Shown piece after piece: positions 1-11,827 of a stretch of DNA of 64,000 nucleotides. The notes below the pieces were generated by a model. That model worked only from the letters and a program-made list of their open reading frames with translations. It was not told the origin of the DNA and ran no database searches. The stretch's first letter is position 1. The number at the start of each line of letters is the position of its first letter. Source of the DNA: an uncultured delta proteobacterium (GTDB taxonomy: Bacteria > Desulfobacterota > Binatia > Binatales > Binataceae); NCBI GenBank assembly GCA_963848285.1, contig CAWKCZ010000003.1, positions 67-64,066 of the forward strand, written 5' to 3'. The position numbers and the translations under genes are program-made.

Positions 1-25
1 TTCGTCGCGCGAGGCGTACCGCAAT

Positions 26-593
26 ATGAAGCTTAACGCAGAGTTCGTGACCTCGGTGTTTTCCCTGGAGGGATGTCCGCGATGGCATCGCGCCGAGGTC
101 GCGCTCGCGGGCCGTTCCAACGTCGGCAAAAGCTCGCTGCTCAACGCGCTGACCGGAATCAAGGGCCTCGCGCGCACCAGCAAAACACCGGGCCGCACCC
201 AGAGCATCAATCTCTTCGCGGTCGGCGATTCCCTCGCGCTCGCGGATTTGCCCGGCTATGGATACGCGAAAATGCCGGAGGCAATCGCACAGCGGATCGC
301 GGCGTCGATGAGCGAATATCTGCACGAGCGCGAAAATCTCGCCGCGCTGGTGATGCTGGTCGATTCGCGTCGCGGCCCCGGTCGCGAGGAACTCGATCTT
401 GCCGGGAATCATTCGCGAGCGCGGGCTGACGCTAATCGTCGTCGCGACTAAATGCGACAAGCTCAAGCGCTCCGAGCGCGCGCGGGCAATCTCAACATTC
501 ACGCCGCTCAACATCGAACCGATTCTATGCTCCGTAACCGATGGCGAGGGCATCGAGGAGCTGCGCAAACGCATCCTGAGGATCGGGCGATGA
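26..593 (+). CDS. engB: Ribosome biogenesis GTP-binding protein YihA/EngB (frameshift near 400)
   Basis: GRSNVGKSS, SKTPGRTQ and DLPGYGY in ORF 26..451; TKCDK G4 motif in ORF 399..593. Confidence 0.92.
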
Positions 594-597
594 CGCG

Positions 598-1460
598 ATG
601 GCTCCCGAAGTCAGCGTTATCATCCCGACCTACAATCGCTGTGCGATGGTGCGCGAGGCGATCGCCTCGGTGCTGGCACAGCGCGACGTGAACTTCGAGC
701 TGATCGTGGTCGACGATGGCTCGACGGATGGCACCTCGGAGATGCTCGCCGGCCTCGACGGCATCATCGTCGAGCGAACCGCGCATCGAGGTCCCGCTGC
801 GGCGCGCAATCGCGGCGTCGCGCGGGCGACTGCGCCGCTCATCGCGTTCCTCGATTCCGATGATCTATGGGTGCCCGACAAGCTCAGCCGCCAGCTCGGC
901 TTCATGCGCGCAATTTCCTGATTGCGCGATTTCGCAGACCTCCGAGCTTTGGATCCGCGACGGACGCCGAGTGAATCCGGGCCTGCGCCATCTGAAACGC
1001 GCTGGCGAGATCTTCCTCGATTCGCTTCGGACTTGCCTCATCAGTCCCTCAGCGGTGATTCATGCGGACCGAGCTTTTTCGCAGCCTCGGCGGCTTCGAT
1101 GAGGACCTCGCGGCGGCGGAGGACTACGATTTGTGGCTGCGCATTCTCGTCGATCATGAGGTCGGCCTGCTCGACGAGCCGATGGTGACGCGCCGCGCCG
1201 GTCATGCCGATCAGCTTTCCTCGTCGATTCCGGCGATCGATCGATTTCGCGTTCTCGCGCTGATGAAACTGCTCGCGAACGATCATCTTTCTCGAGTGCG
1301 CCGCGCCGCCGTAGTTGAAGTGCTCATCGAGAAATGCGGCATCCTGGCGAAGGGCGCGCGCCATCGCGGCCGCATCGCAGGAATCGAATCTTTACGAAGC
1401 TATCGTCACGGCGGCTTCGCAATGGAAAATCGGCTTTTGACGAGCCGTTGTTTGAAATGA
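598..1460 (+). CDS. Glycosyltransferase family 2 (frameshifted)
   Basis: VSVIIPTYNR, VVDDGSTD, FLDSDD, and GGFDE...EDYDLWLR across three frames. Confidence 0.85.
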
Positions 1461-1552
1461 CGTCCCAGCGGCGAATGCTGGCAGGAATCCGTCCCAGCGG
1501 GTAGTAGGCCAACCGCCTGCACGCGATACACCGCACGGGAGGGGACAGTCTG

Positions 1553-2108
1553 ATGATGCGCGATGAAACCACCGCGGCCGCGATCCGCGCGTGTGCTGCC
1601 AGTCGCCACCTCGACCGAGGCGCATACCGAGAGGTGGCTCGCGATGCTGACGCCGTCGCGGATGGCGCTGCTCGACATCGCCGAACGCCTCAATCTTCGC
1701 ACCGGCCAGCTCGCGGCCGCGATCGATCTGCTCGACGAGATCGAAATCCGCGAGGGCGTTTCGCCCGCGCAAACCCTGCGCGCGACGAGGTTCGGCGCGC
1801 CTGCAAGCTCGCGGGCTCTGGTCCGTGGCGCGCTGCCGCTTTCATCGAGGCGCTGCGCAAGATACGGTTTCCGCGCCTGCGCGAGGCCGATGGAACGCTT
1901 GTCAGCCGAGATCGCCGCGCTCAAACTGCCCTCTGGCATGCGCGTCGACTTGCCCAAAGACCTCGGCTCCGATGAGATGACGATTCACATCAGAGCGCGC
2001 ACCGGCGACGGATATGGAGAAGCTTATCGAGCGCTGGTGGAGAAGAAGGCTGCGCTGGTTCGCATCGCCAAACTGATCGGCGGCGACGACGCTGAGCATG
2101 ACGAATGA
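1553..2108 (+). CDS. Hypothetical helical protein, possibly ParB C-terminal-like (frameshifted)
   Basis: Coding-like segments (LNLRTGQLAAAIDLLDEI; LRKIRFPRL; LKLPSGMRV); stop overlaps next start. Confidence 0.5.
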
Positions 2109-3208
2109 AATTTGACCTCGACCACATCTATATAGAGGATGCGTGCCGCGACATCCGCGTGGCGCGGCGCGTTATCGCGCGTGCCGCATCGCTCGCCCCG
2201 ATTACCTTCGTCGCGGATGGGCGCGAGTGCCGCGCGGCCGCTGCGCCGATGCCGCCGATTCGTTCGCCTCCGGCAAGCGCCGGATGGTCATCATGCGTCG
2301 GCGCAGTCCTTTTCTGATGGCGTGCCCGGCCGGCTCGGCGAAATTTGCCTGCTGCGGATACCTCGTCCTGACGCTCGCGTCGAATTGCCCGATGGATTGC
2401 AGCTACTGCTTCCTGCAGGAGTATGTCGCCGACAATCCCGAGCTTCCAGGTCTATGCGAACTACGACGACGCATTTGCCGAAATCGACAAGCTGAGCGCG
2501 AGCGCGCCCGCGCGCCACTTTCGCATCGGCACCGGCGAGCTGGCCGATTCCCTCGCGATGGATTCCCTCACCGGCCTCAGCATCGATCTGGTGAACTTTT
2601 TCGCCGCGCGCGAGAATCTGACCCTCGAACTCAAAACCAAGACCGACGAAATCGAAAATCTTCTGACGCTCGATCCCAAGCGGCCGCGTGCTGGTTTCAT
2701 GGACGCTCTCGCCGCGGCAGCGTTTTCGAGGACTGCGAGCATCGCACAGCGTCGCCCTCGGCACGGATTGCGCGCGGCGCGCCGCGTGCTCGAGGCGGGC
2801 TATCGCGTCGCGTTTCATCTCGATCCGATGATCGCGTATCCCGACGCCGAACGTGATTACCTTGATTTGATGGACGAACTCTTTTCCACGATTTCGCCCG
2901 CGAAGATTTCCTTCATCAGCATGGGCGGGCTGCGGATGACGGCAGGATTGCGCGCCGCCGCCCGGCGGCGTTTTCCCAAAGACGCGATGCTGCTCGGCGA
3001 GGACGTGCTCGCCGAGGACGGCCGCTATCGCACTTTCGCGCCGATGCGGATTCGTCTTTACAAAATTCTCGCCGATAAAGTTCAAAAGCGCCGGCGCCGA
3101 GGTTCCATCCTATTTGTGCATGGAAAATTCCAGCGTGCATGAGCGCGTGTTCGGCGCGCCGCCACCGCCATCCCGGCGACGGCGGGCGAACGGCTGGCGA
3201 TAAGATGA
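2105..3208 (+). CDS. Spore-photoproduct-lyase-like radical SAM protein (frameshifted)
   Basis: CPMDCSYC cluster motif, GTGELADSL, LELKTK, FHLDPMI, YLCME-like C-terminus. Confidence 0.82.
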
Positions 3209-4129
3209 CGCGCCGCATCGCACCATCGTCGAAGGCAGTGCCCGCGCGGCTGACGCCGGGACCGCGCCGCTCGCCCAATGGCTATCGCGCTCCCGGCGCC
3301 GCGCGCGGCGGCAAGCTCCAACAATCCCGGCGGCGCGAGCGTCCGATCGGCGTGTTCGATTCCGGCATCGGCGGGCTCACCGTGCTGAAGGAACTGGTCG
3401 CGGTGCTGCCCGCGCGAAGATTTTATCTACCTCGGCGACACGGCGCGACTGCCCTACGGTACCAAGACCAACGAGGTGATCATCAAGTACTCGCGCGAGA
3501 ACAGCGAATTTCTGCTCGCCAAGGGCATCAAGATGCTGGTGATCGCGTGCAACACTTCGAGCGCGGTGGCGCTCGAGCGCATCGCCGCCGAAACCGCGGT
3601 GCCCGGTCATCGGCGTGATCGAACCGGGCGCGCGCGCGGCGGCGAAAGCCTCGCGCTCGGGCAAAATCGGCGTCATCGGCACCGAGGCGACTATCGCCTC
3701 GGGGGCGTACACGCGGGCGATTCAGACGGTGCGGCCGCGCGCGGAAATTTACACCCGCGCCTGCCCGCTGCTGGTGCCGCTGGTCGAGGAAGGATTTCTC
3801 GATAACGAGATCGCCGAGAAGACCGTCGCGTACTACCTCGAAAGCCTCAAAGCCAGCGGCATCGATACGCTGCTGCTCGGATGCACGCATTATCCGCTGC
3901 TGCGGCCGCTGTTTCAGCGCGTGATGGGCCCTGGCGTGAAAATCATCGATTCCGCGACCGCGACCGCCGAGAGCGGTGCGCGAGCGCCTCGATGCGTTGG
4001 GCATCGCCTCGCGCAGCCGCGCGCGGGAGCCAGAGTTTTTTCGTCACCGAAATGCCCGACCGATTTGTGCGCGTCGGACGCAGCTTTTTCGGGCCCGAGG
4101 TCGAATCCGCAGTCAGAATAGAGCGATGA
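3205..4129 (+). CDS. murI: Glutamate racemase (frameshifted)
   Basis: IGVFDSGIGGLTV, IACNTS, LLGCTHYP. Confidence 0.93.
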
Positions 4130-4223
4130 TATCGGGACTGCTCTGATACCGCTACTCTTGCTAGAATGGTGGGTCGGGTAAAGGAGCGAGGGCGACCTGC
4201 GCCGCCGCTCCGCCCGCTAAAAA

Positions 4224-6916
4224 ATGGCATCAACTTTTTCATCGAATAGGGCGGAAAATCTTCGGCTCGAAGAACGACCGCGAAGTTAAGCGGATGCGGC
4301 CGTACGTTGACGAGATCAACGGACTGGAGACGGAGTTCGAAAAGCTCTCCGACGACGAGCTGCGCGCGAAGATCGCCGAATGGCGGGCGACGCTATCGGC
4401 GATCGAGGAGCGCGAGCGCCAGAACGAGGCGATGCAGGACCTGCTGGCGCCGAGGTGTTCGCCGCGGTGCGCGAGGCCAGCAAGCGCACGCTCGGTCAGC
4501 GCCATTTCGACGTCCAGCTCATCGGCGGCATGGTGCTGCACGAGGGCAAGATCGCCGAGATGAAGACCGGCGAGGGCAAGACCCTCGTCGCGACGCTGCC
4601 GGCGGTCCTCAACGCGCTGACCGGGCGCGGCGTGCACGTCGTCACCGTCAACGACTACCTGGCGCGACGCGACTCCGAGTGGATGGGGCGCATCTACAAT
4701 TTCCTCGGGCTCAGCGTCGGCGTCATCGTGCATGGCGTGACCGACCAGGAACGCAAGGTCGCTTACGGACGCGGACATCACGTACGGGCAGAACAACGAA
4801 TTCGGCTTCGATTACCTGCGCGACAATATGAAGTTCAACCTGAACGACTACGTTCAGCGCGAGCATAATTTTGCGATCGTCGACGAGGTCGATTCGATTC
4901 TCATCGACGAGGCGCGCACCCCGCTCATCATCTCGGGCGCATCGGAAGAATCGACCGACACTTACTACCTCGTCGATCGCGCGATCCCGAAGCTGCAGCA
5001 AGGAAGAGCACTACACCATCGACGAGAAGCTGAAGACCGTCGCGCTGACCGAAGAGGGCGTGACCAAAGCCGAGCAGGTACTCGGAGTAGAGAATCTCTA
5101 CGACCCGCGCAACATCCTGGTGCTGCATCATGTGAACCAGGGACTGCGCGCGCATACGCTCTACAGGCGCGACGTCGACTACGTGGTGAAGGAGGGCGAG
5201 GTCGATCATCGTCGATGAATTCACCGGGCGCCTGATGCCGGGGCGGCGCTGGAGCGACGGGCTGCATCAGGCGGTCGAGGCCAAGGAAGGGGTCAAGATC
5301 GAATCGGAGAACCAGACGCTGGCGACGATCACCTTCCAGAATTATTTCCGCATGTACAAGAAGCTCTCCGGCATGACCGGCACCGCGGATACCGAATCGG
5401 TCGAATTCCAGGAGATCTACAACCTTCCCGTGATGGTCGCGCCGACCAACAAGCCGATGATCCGCATCGACCATCACGACATGATCTTCAAGACCGAGGA
5501 CGAAAAGTTCGACGCGGTCATCGACGAGATCGTCGAGTGCAGCGAGAAGGGACAGCCGGTGCTGGTCGGCACGGTGTCGATCGAAAAATCCGAGCGCGTC
5601 GCCGAGCCAAGCTCAAGAAGACCGGCGTCAAGCATCACGTGCTCAACGCGAAGAATCATGAGCGCGAGGCCGAGATCGTCGCGCAGGCGGGCCGGCTTCA
5701 GCGCGGTGACGATTTCCACCAACATGGCGGGGCGCGGCACCGACATCGTGCTGGGCGGCAATCCCGAGTTCATGGCGGCGGCCGAGGTCGGCACGCGCGA
5801 TCCGAAGGATCCGAATTTCCAGGCGGCGCTGGAGAAATATCGCGCGCAATGCGCCGGCCGAGCGCGAGCAGGTGCTCAAGGCCGGCGGACTGCACATCCT
5901 CGGCACCGAGCGGCACGAGTCGCGGCGCATCGACAATCAGTTGCGCGGACGCTCGGGACGCCAGGGCGATCCGGGCTCCTCGCGCTTTTACATTTCGCTC
6001 GAAGACGACCTGCTGCGGATCTTCGGCGCCGATCGCCTCAAGGGCCTGATGGGCAAGATGGGGATGGAAGACGGGGTGCCGATCGAGCATCGATGGATTT
6101 CGCGCGCGATCGAAAACGCGCAGAAGAAAGTCGAATCGCACAACTTCGACATCCGCAAACATCTGCTCGAATACGATGACGTGATGAACAAGCAGCGCGA
6201 GGTGGTTTACCATCGCCGCCGCGAGCTGCTCTCGCCGCAGCCGCTCAAGGACGACGTCCTCGAAATGTGCGAGGCGGCCATCGAGGAGATCGCCGAGGCG
6301 CATTGCGACGCCGACATCGACACCGAAAATTGGGATTGGGCCGGAAATCGAGAATGCATTCTTCAAGCAGTTCCGCTTCCGTCCGCAGATGAAGGAATTC
6401 ATCGCCGATAAGGACGTGCGGCGTCCCGAGGACCTGGTCGAGGTCGCGCCTGAATCCGGTGAAAGTTCTGTACGACATGCGCGAGGCGGAATTCACCCCC
6501 GAGGTGATGCGTCAGATCGAGAAGATCGTTTCGCTGCAGACGCTTGACGCATTGTGGAAAGACCACCTGCTCGCGATGGATCATCTGAAGGAGGGCATCG
6601 GGCTGCGCGGCTATGCGCAGCAGAACCCGCTGGTCGAATATCAGAAGGAAGGCTTCTCGATGTTCGAATCGCTGATGACGTGATGCAGAAGGACATCGTC
6701 GAGAAAGTTTTTTCGGTCCAGGTCCAGAAGCCGCAGGACGTCCAGCAGGTCCAGCAGCAGCAGGCGGCCAAGCCGCAGCGCGTCACCATGGCGCATGGCG
6801 CCGACGTGCAGCAATCGCAGCCGGCGCAGGCCAAGCGCGATGGCGATCGGGTCGGGCGCAACGACCCGTGCCCATGCGGATCGGGCAAGAAATACAAACG
6901 CTGCCACGGGAAATGA
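4224..6916 (+). CDS. secA: Preprotein translocase ATPase SecA (multiple indels)
   Basis: [64 protein letters not shown] motif [19 protein letters not shown]. Confidence 0.97.
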
Positions 6917-6969
6917 CCTCGCGACATCGTCGCGAGGTCATCCTGAGCGTCCTCGCGAAGGATCTCGAA
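6915..6969. repeat. Structured intergenic repeat family C, copy 1
   Basis: 11-bp stem GACCTCGCGAC-ATC-GTCGCGAGGTC followed by ATCCTGAGCGTCCTCGCGAAGGATCTCGAA; second copy at 33323. Confidence 0.8.
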
Positions 6970-7006
6970 CCCCGCAGAGCCGACCCTCAACTTCACATCA
7001 CTGCGC

Positions 7007-7034
7007 TTGCACGCCCGCGCGTCATCCGTATAGT
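7007..7034 (+). promoter_or_regulatory. Putative sigma70 promoter of argJ
   Basis: TTGCAC-N16-TATAGT, then GGAGG RBS before ATG 7055. Confidence 0.5.
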
Positions 7035-7054
7035 ACGGCGCACGGAGGATTCTG

Positions 7055-8257
7055 ATGCGCGTAAACGCTGAGCCCGTCGCGGTGCGAGGCTTTCGCTTTT
7101 CCGGCGTGAGTGCCGGATTGAAAAAGGTCGCGGGTGCGAAGGACCTCGGCCTCATCGTCGCCGATGCTCCCGCACCTGCGACCGCCGTGTTCAGCGCCAA
7201 CCAGCGTCAAGGCGGCGCCCGTCTACGTCACGATGGATCGCATCCGCGCAGGCCGCTTGCAAGCGGTGGTCGCGAACTCCGGATGCGCCAACAGCTTCAC
7301 CGGCAAGCCGGGCCTGAAGCTCGCGACGCGATTCGTGCGCAATCGCCGCGAAGGAAATCGGCTGCGACGCCGAAGCTGGTCGTGCCGTCGTCGACCGGCG
7401 TCATCGGGCATCTGTTTGATTTGGAAAAATTCGCCGCCGGCGTGCGCGAGGCCGCCAGCGAACTCCGTCCCGAGGGCATGGAAGATTTCGCGCGCGCCAT
7501 CATGACCACCGATACGCGGCCGAAAATCGCGTCGGTGACGATCCGGATCGCTGGCGCCGAGGTGACCATCGCGGGCGTCGCGAAAGGCGCGGGCATGATC
7601 TCGCCGAAGATGGCGACCATGCTCGCCTACCTCGTGACCGACGCTGCGGTTTCATCGGCGCAGCTCAAGGCGGCTCTCAAAGCGGCTCTGCCGCACAGCT
7701 TCAACGCGATCACCGTCGACGGCGACATGTCGACCAACGACACCGTCATCCTGATGGCGAGCGGCGCGGCGGGAAATCGCGCGCTCTCGCGCAAGGATCT
7801 CGACGCTTTCAATGCCGGCGTCGAGGCAGTATCGGCCGCGACTCGCGCGAGAACTGGTTTACGATGGCGAGGGCGCGACCAAGCTGGTGACCGTCGAGGT
7901 CAAAGGCGCGAAGTCTCCCGCCGATGCCGAGCGCTGTGCGCGGCAAATCGCCAATTCACCGCTGGTCAAGACGGCGTTCTTCGGAAACGATCCCAACGTC
8001 GGCCGCATCCTGATGGCGGCGGGATCGTCGGGCGCCAATGGTCGAATCAGATCGCCTGGTGCTCGCGATTGCAGGCGTGAAGGTTGCCGCGCGCGGAGCG
8101 CTGCTGGTCGATGCGCTGCCGGCGGCGGCGGAAAAAATGCGCGCGCGCGAGTTCAAGGTCGACCCTCGATCTGAAGCTCGGCAGCGCGACCGCGACCATC
8201 CTGACGTGTGACCTGAGCTACGACTACGTTAAGATCAACGCCGAATACACGACGTAA
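7055..8257 (+). CDS. argJ: Ornithine acetyltransferase ArgJ (frameshifted)
   Basis: [43 protein letters not shown]-terminal INAEYTT. Confidence 0.95.
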
Positions 8258-8287
8258 TCCGGTTTCCCCGGGGGAGGGAGGTTTCAC

Positions 8288-8588
8288 ATGGCCACCAAAG
8301 TCGCGTCGCGCGCGGACATTCCGGAAGGAACCGGAAAGATCGTTGACGTCGCGAGGCAAGAAAATCGCGCTGTTCAACGTAGGCGGAAAATTTTACGCGA
8401 TCGACAACGAGTGTAAGCATCGCAAGGGACCGCTCGGCGAGGGCACCCTCGACGGCACCACGGTGACCTGTCCATGGCACGGATGGGAATACGACGTCAC
8501 AACCGGCGCGAATCTCGATGATGAAAACGTCAAAGTCGGATGCTACCCGGTGAAGCTCGACGGCGACGATATCTTGATCGATGACTAG
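8288..8588 (+). CDS. Rieske [2Fe-2S] ferredoxin (indel near 5' end)
   Basis: CKH...CPWHGW motifs; GGAGG RBS before ATG 8288. Confidence 0.88.
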
Positions 8589-8591
8589 CGG

Positions 8592-9311
8592 CTAGCGGCC
8601 GCCGAACAGGCGGCCCGCTCCGTAAGTAACCGCGCCCGCCGCGATGCCGGTCAGCATGCTCTCGATGCCGCTGCGCCACCATGACCGCGCGGTGATGATG
8701 GTTTTCGCGGCGCCCACCGCGAACAGCACCACCACGGTCGCGATCGCCGAAAGCATGACGCCCGTCGACGGTACGACGAACAGGTAAGGAACGACCGGCA
8801 CCGCCGCGCCGATCAGATATGACGCGCCGACCACCATCGAGGATTTCAGCGGCGACTCGAAGTTATCCTCGGTAAAGCCGAGCTCCTCGCGCATCATCAC
8901 GTCGGCCCAGCGCTCGGGATCGCCGGTGATGTGCGCGACGATTTGATCGAGCAGCGGCCCGGAAAAGCCTTTCTGCTGATAGATGCCGCGGATCTCGTCG
9001 CGCTCGTGTTCCGGAAAGCGGCGGATTTCGTAGCGCTCGCGATCGACTTCGCTCTGGTAAAACTCGATTTGCGAACGCGCCGAGATGAACGCCGCCAGGC
9101 CCATCGAAACCGCGCCGCCCAGCATCTCTGCGAGGCCTGCCATGATCACGATTCGAGGATTGTTAAACGCCCCCGCGACGCCCGAGGTCACCGCGAACGA
9201 CGCGACCAGCCCGTCGTTGAGCCCCAGCATCACATCGCGCAGATTGGCGCCCGCGGCGACGTGACGCTCGGCGTGATGCTTGTATTCGCGTTGTCGAATT
9301 GCGTGGGCCAT
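8592..9311 (-). CDS. VIT1/CCC1 family Fe/Mn transporter
   Basis: RDVMLGLNDGLV, GAVSMGL, MMREELG, transmembrane helices. Confidence 0.9.
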   Translation of the reverse strand: MAHAIRQREYKHHAERHVAAGANLRDVMLGLNDGLVASFAVTSGVAGAFNNPRIVIMAGLAEMLGGAVSMGLAAFISARSQIEFYQSEVDRERYEIRRFPEHERDEIRGIYQQKGFSGPLLDQIVAHITGDPERWADVMMREELGFTEDNFESPLKSSMVVGASYLIGAAVPVVPYLFVVPSTGVMLSAIATVVVLFAVGAAKTIITARSWWRSGIESMLTGIAAGAVTYGAGRLFGGR

Positions 9312-9334
9312 TTCGATGTGATGGAGACTGCCGG

Positions 9335-10148
9335 TTAGCGGCGGCGCTCCCGCGAGCGCTCGACCGTGCGCCGCAAAGCCATATACTCCGCGACCGCTTT
9401 TCTGCGCGCGCGCCGATCGAGCTGACGTCCGATATAAGCGTACAGGAAATCGAGGCGTCCGGCGCGCGAGACGAATCTGCCGATGCTGCGATCGAGATGC
9501 ACCAGGTTCAGCATCCGTCGGCGATGCGACGCCTTGGGCGCGTGGCGAAAATCCTCGAGGTCGAGGAAGTAGAAGCGCAGCGCGCCCTCGCGTTGCTCGA
9601 CCATGATGTTGGTTTCCTGCAGGTCGCGAGTGTAGATGCCGGCGTCATGCATGCGCCGAAGCTCGGCGGCGAGTGCGTCGGAGACCGCCTTACGGCGCGC
9701 ATAACCACGTCTCGGCTGAGCGGGACCTCCCAGCGCGAAATGGCTCAGGATTTCCGCGTGCTCGAGCGCCTCGCTGATGAGGTAGCTGGCTCGGACTGCG
9801 CGCGCATGCATCAGATCCATCGCAGCCAGCGGCGTCGCGCAATGAAAACCAGCATCGCGCGAGGATCCTTGCACTGCGTAGGGCGCGGGCGGCTCGCGAG
9901 CCGCGAGTCCGTTGCGCCAATCCCCGCACCAGCGACCGGACTTCGCTGCGTTTTATGAAGACCGTGGCGCCGTCGGAGCAGGAAAGAAATCCCGCGATGG
10001 TTTTCCCTTCGGACTTGACCGCGCGAAACGCCGCCGAGGCCATCAACTGATCGGCTTGCTCAATCAGCGCCGCCCATTTCGGAGACGCGGCGAAAAGCAC
10101 CCGCCTACGCATCGAGGGCAGCGTAGCGGATTCCGGAAGCGATCGCAT
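9335..10148 (-). CDS. Lipopolysaccharide kinase (Kdo/WaaP/InaA family), frameshifted
   Basis: VFIKR, MHDAGIYTRDLQETNI, YFLDLE. Confidence 0.7.
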
Positions 10149-10182
10149 CGCGCCAGCGGGCTCGCGGATGAGGTTAAAGGAC

Positions 10183-10229
10183 CGCTGCGCGGATCAGGAT
10201 TCTATGGGGGCGGTAAAACCGCCCCCTAC
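10183..10229 (-). repeat. GTAG-type REP, family B, copy 1
   Basis: Minus strand GTAG+GGGGCGG-TTTTA-CCGCCCC hairpin; shares GATCAGGATTC with copies at 28713 and 35821. Confidence 0.8.
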
Positions 10230-10246
10230 GATTCGACGTGGCGTGC

Positions 10247-10693
10247 CTACTTGCTGGAGGGTTCCACTACCAACTGGCCGCCCACGTGGCCCGGATGGAG
10301 CTGGCAATAATACGGATAGATGCCGGGCTTGTCGGCGGTGAAATGCACCACCATCGGCTTCTCGCCGCGCTTCACGAGCTCGCTGATCTTGAAGGCCGGC
10401 AACTCGAAGCCATGCGTCACCGAGGTCCCGGGAACTTCATTCTTGAGCGTCAGAGTAACCTTGTCTCCGGGCTCGACCACGATCACGCTGGGAAGCCAGA
10501 ACTTGGTGTCGCCAAGCTGCTCCGATACGAGGGTGAACTTTTTCTCGCCCGCGCCGACGTCGCTGGAGCCGGCGGTGCTGGTCGAAGGCGCGGCTGCGGG
10601 CGCGTCCTCCGCGTATGCGTTCGAATTGTAGGTAGCGGCCAACGCACCAATAACCAGGCCTGCCGCGAAGGTTCGAAATAGAACTTTGAACAT
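10247..10693 (-). CDS. Secreted single-domain cupredoxin, nitrosocyanin-like
   Basis: Signal peptide; THGF...FTADKPG.Y.YYCQLHPGH. Confidence 0.8.
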   Translation of the reverse strand: MFKVLFRTFAAGLVIGALAATYNSNAYAEDAPAAAPSTSTAGSSDVGAGEKKFTLVSEQLGDTKFWLPSVIVVEPGDKVTLTLKNEVPGTSVTHGFELPAFKISELVKRGEKPMVVHFTADKPGIYPYYCQLHPGHVGGQLVVEPSSK

Positions 10694-10732
10694 CTGTCCT
10701 CCCCTGGCGCCTCGCACGGCGCCGGCAAAAAG

Positions 10733-11752
10733 TTATCCGTTGAATTCCTTGGTCAGCTTACGCCATTCAGTTTCGTTTTTGCCCGGATTGTACGGCATGT
10801 AAAACGCGACGCGATCCAGCAGTCCATCATAGCGTTTCTTCAGCTTGCCGCCGATGTCGTCCCAGGTGCCGGTCACCGAATACACGTCGAGCATCTCGTC
10901 GGTGATCTCATTCGCCATCTCGGCCCACTGGCCTTTCGCGGCCTTCTCGTTGAGGCGATCCGCAACCGCACCCCATCCGTGAGTTTCGAGGACTATCCGA
11001 TAGGTGCGCGTCGAGGCGTAAAATGAAATCTGCTGCCGAACCTGCGCGCGCACCTTGTCCTGCTCTTCCTTGTTGTGCCCGACGATCGCGAACGCGATTG
11101 CCGCGATGGTGAAATTTTTCCGATCGCGTCCCGACTTCTTCAATCCTTGCTCAACGTGCGGCAGCACATAGTCCGCCAGATACTTGGGCGAGTTGAACGG
11201 ATGCGCATGAAGTCCTTCGCATGCCTCGCCCGCGAGCCGCAGGATGTGCTCATTGAGCCCCGCGATGTAAATGGGAACATTCGGCCAGTTATGATGCGGC
11301 GGCGTGAAGAACGGCGTCATCAGCGAAAAGTTATAATATTTGCCCTCGTACTTCAGCTTCGAGCCGCCCTTGTCCCAACATTCGAAAATCGCGCGCATCG
11401 ATTGGATGTACTCGCGCAGGCGCGGCACTGGCGCTTCCCACTTGGTGCTGTAGCGGCGTTCGATGTGGCCCTTCACCTGGGTGCCGAGGCCGAGGATAAA
11501 GCGGCCGCCGGAAAGCCCGGCGAGATCCCACGCGACTTGCGCAGTGGCCATCGGGCTGCGCGGAAACGCGATCGCGACCGCGGTTCCGATTTTGGCTTTC
11601 TTGGTATGTTCCGATGCGAGCGCCGCGGGCAGAAAGGCGTCGCTGCCGGCCTCAGCCGTCCAGATCGCGTCGAAGCCGGCGGCCTCGGCGGCGGCAGCAA
11701 CCGCGGGCGCATCTTTCAAATTGCGCGCGAGCAAAGTGGTATCGAGCTTCAT
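10733..11752 (-). CDS. LLM-class (probably F420-dependent) oxidoreductase
   Basis: GTAVAIAFPRSP, GRFILGLGTQVKGHIERR, QISFYAST. Confidence 0.88.
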   Translation of the reverse strand: MKLDTTLLARNLKDAPAVAAAAEAAGFDAIWTAEAGSDAFLPAALASEHTKKAKIGTAVAIAFPRSPMATAQVAWDLAGLSGGRFILGLGTQVKGHIERRYSTKWEAPVPRLREYIQSMRAIFECWDKGGSKLKYEGKYYNFSLMTPFFTPPHHNWPNVPIYIAGLNEHILRLAGEACEGLHAHPFNSPKYLADYVLPHVEQGLKKSGRDRKNFTIAAIAFAIVGHNKEEQDKVRAQVRQQISFYASTRTYRIVLETHGWGAVADRLNEKAAKGQWAEMANEITDEMLDVYSVTGTWDDIGGKLKKRYDGLLDRVAFYMPYNPGKNETEWRKLTKEFNG

Positions 11753-11827
11753 CGAGGATGACTCCTTGAGTTCGCGGAAAAGAGAGACGCTAACAAACCG
11801 GCGGGCAATCTGGAAAGCGCTCGCGCA

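Noticed and set aside
1459-1552. Possible riboswitch or ncRNA (GTCCCAGCGG occurs twice)
   Set aside because: No recognisable fold; probably a frameshifted gene junction
4174-4215. GC-rich hairpin in the secA 5' leader as a regulatory RNA
   Set aside because: A single modest stem with no comparative support
4224-6916. secA and many other genes as pseudogenes or programmed frameshifts
   Set aside because: Indels are scattered through essential genes with no consistent slippery sites; sequencing error is more parsimonious
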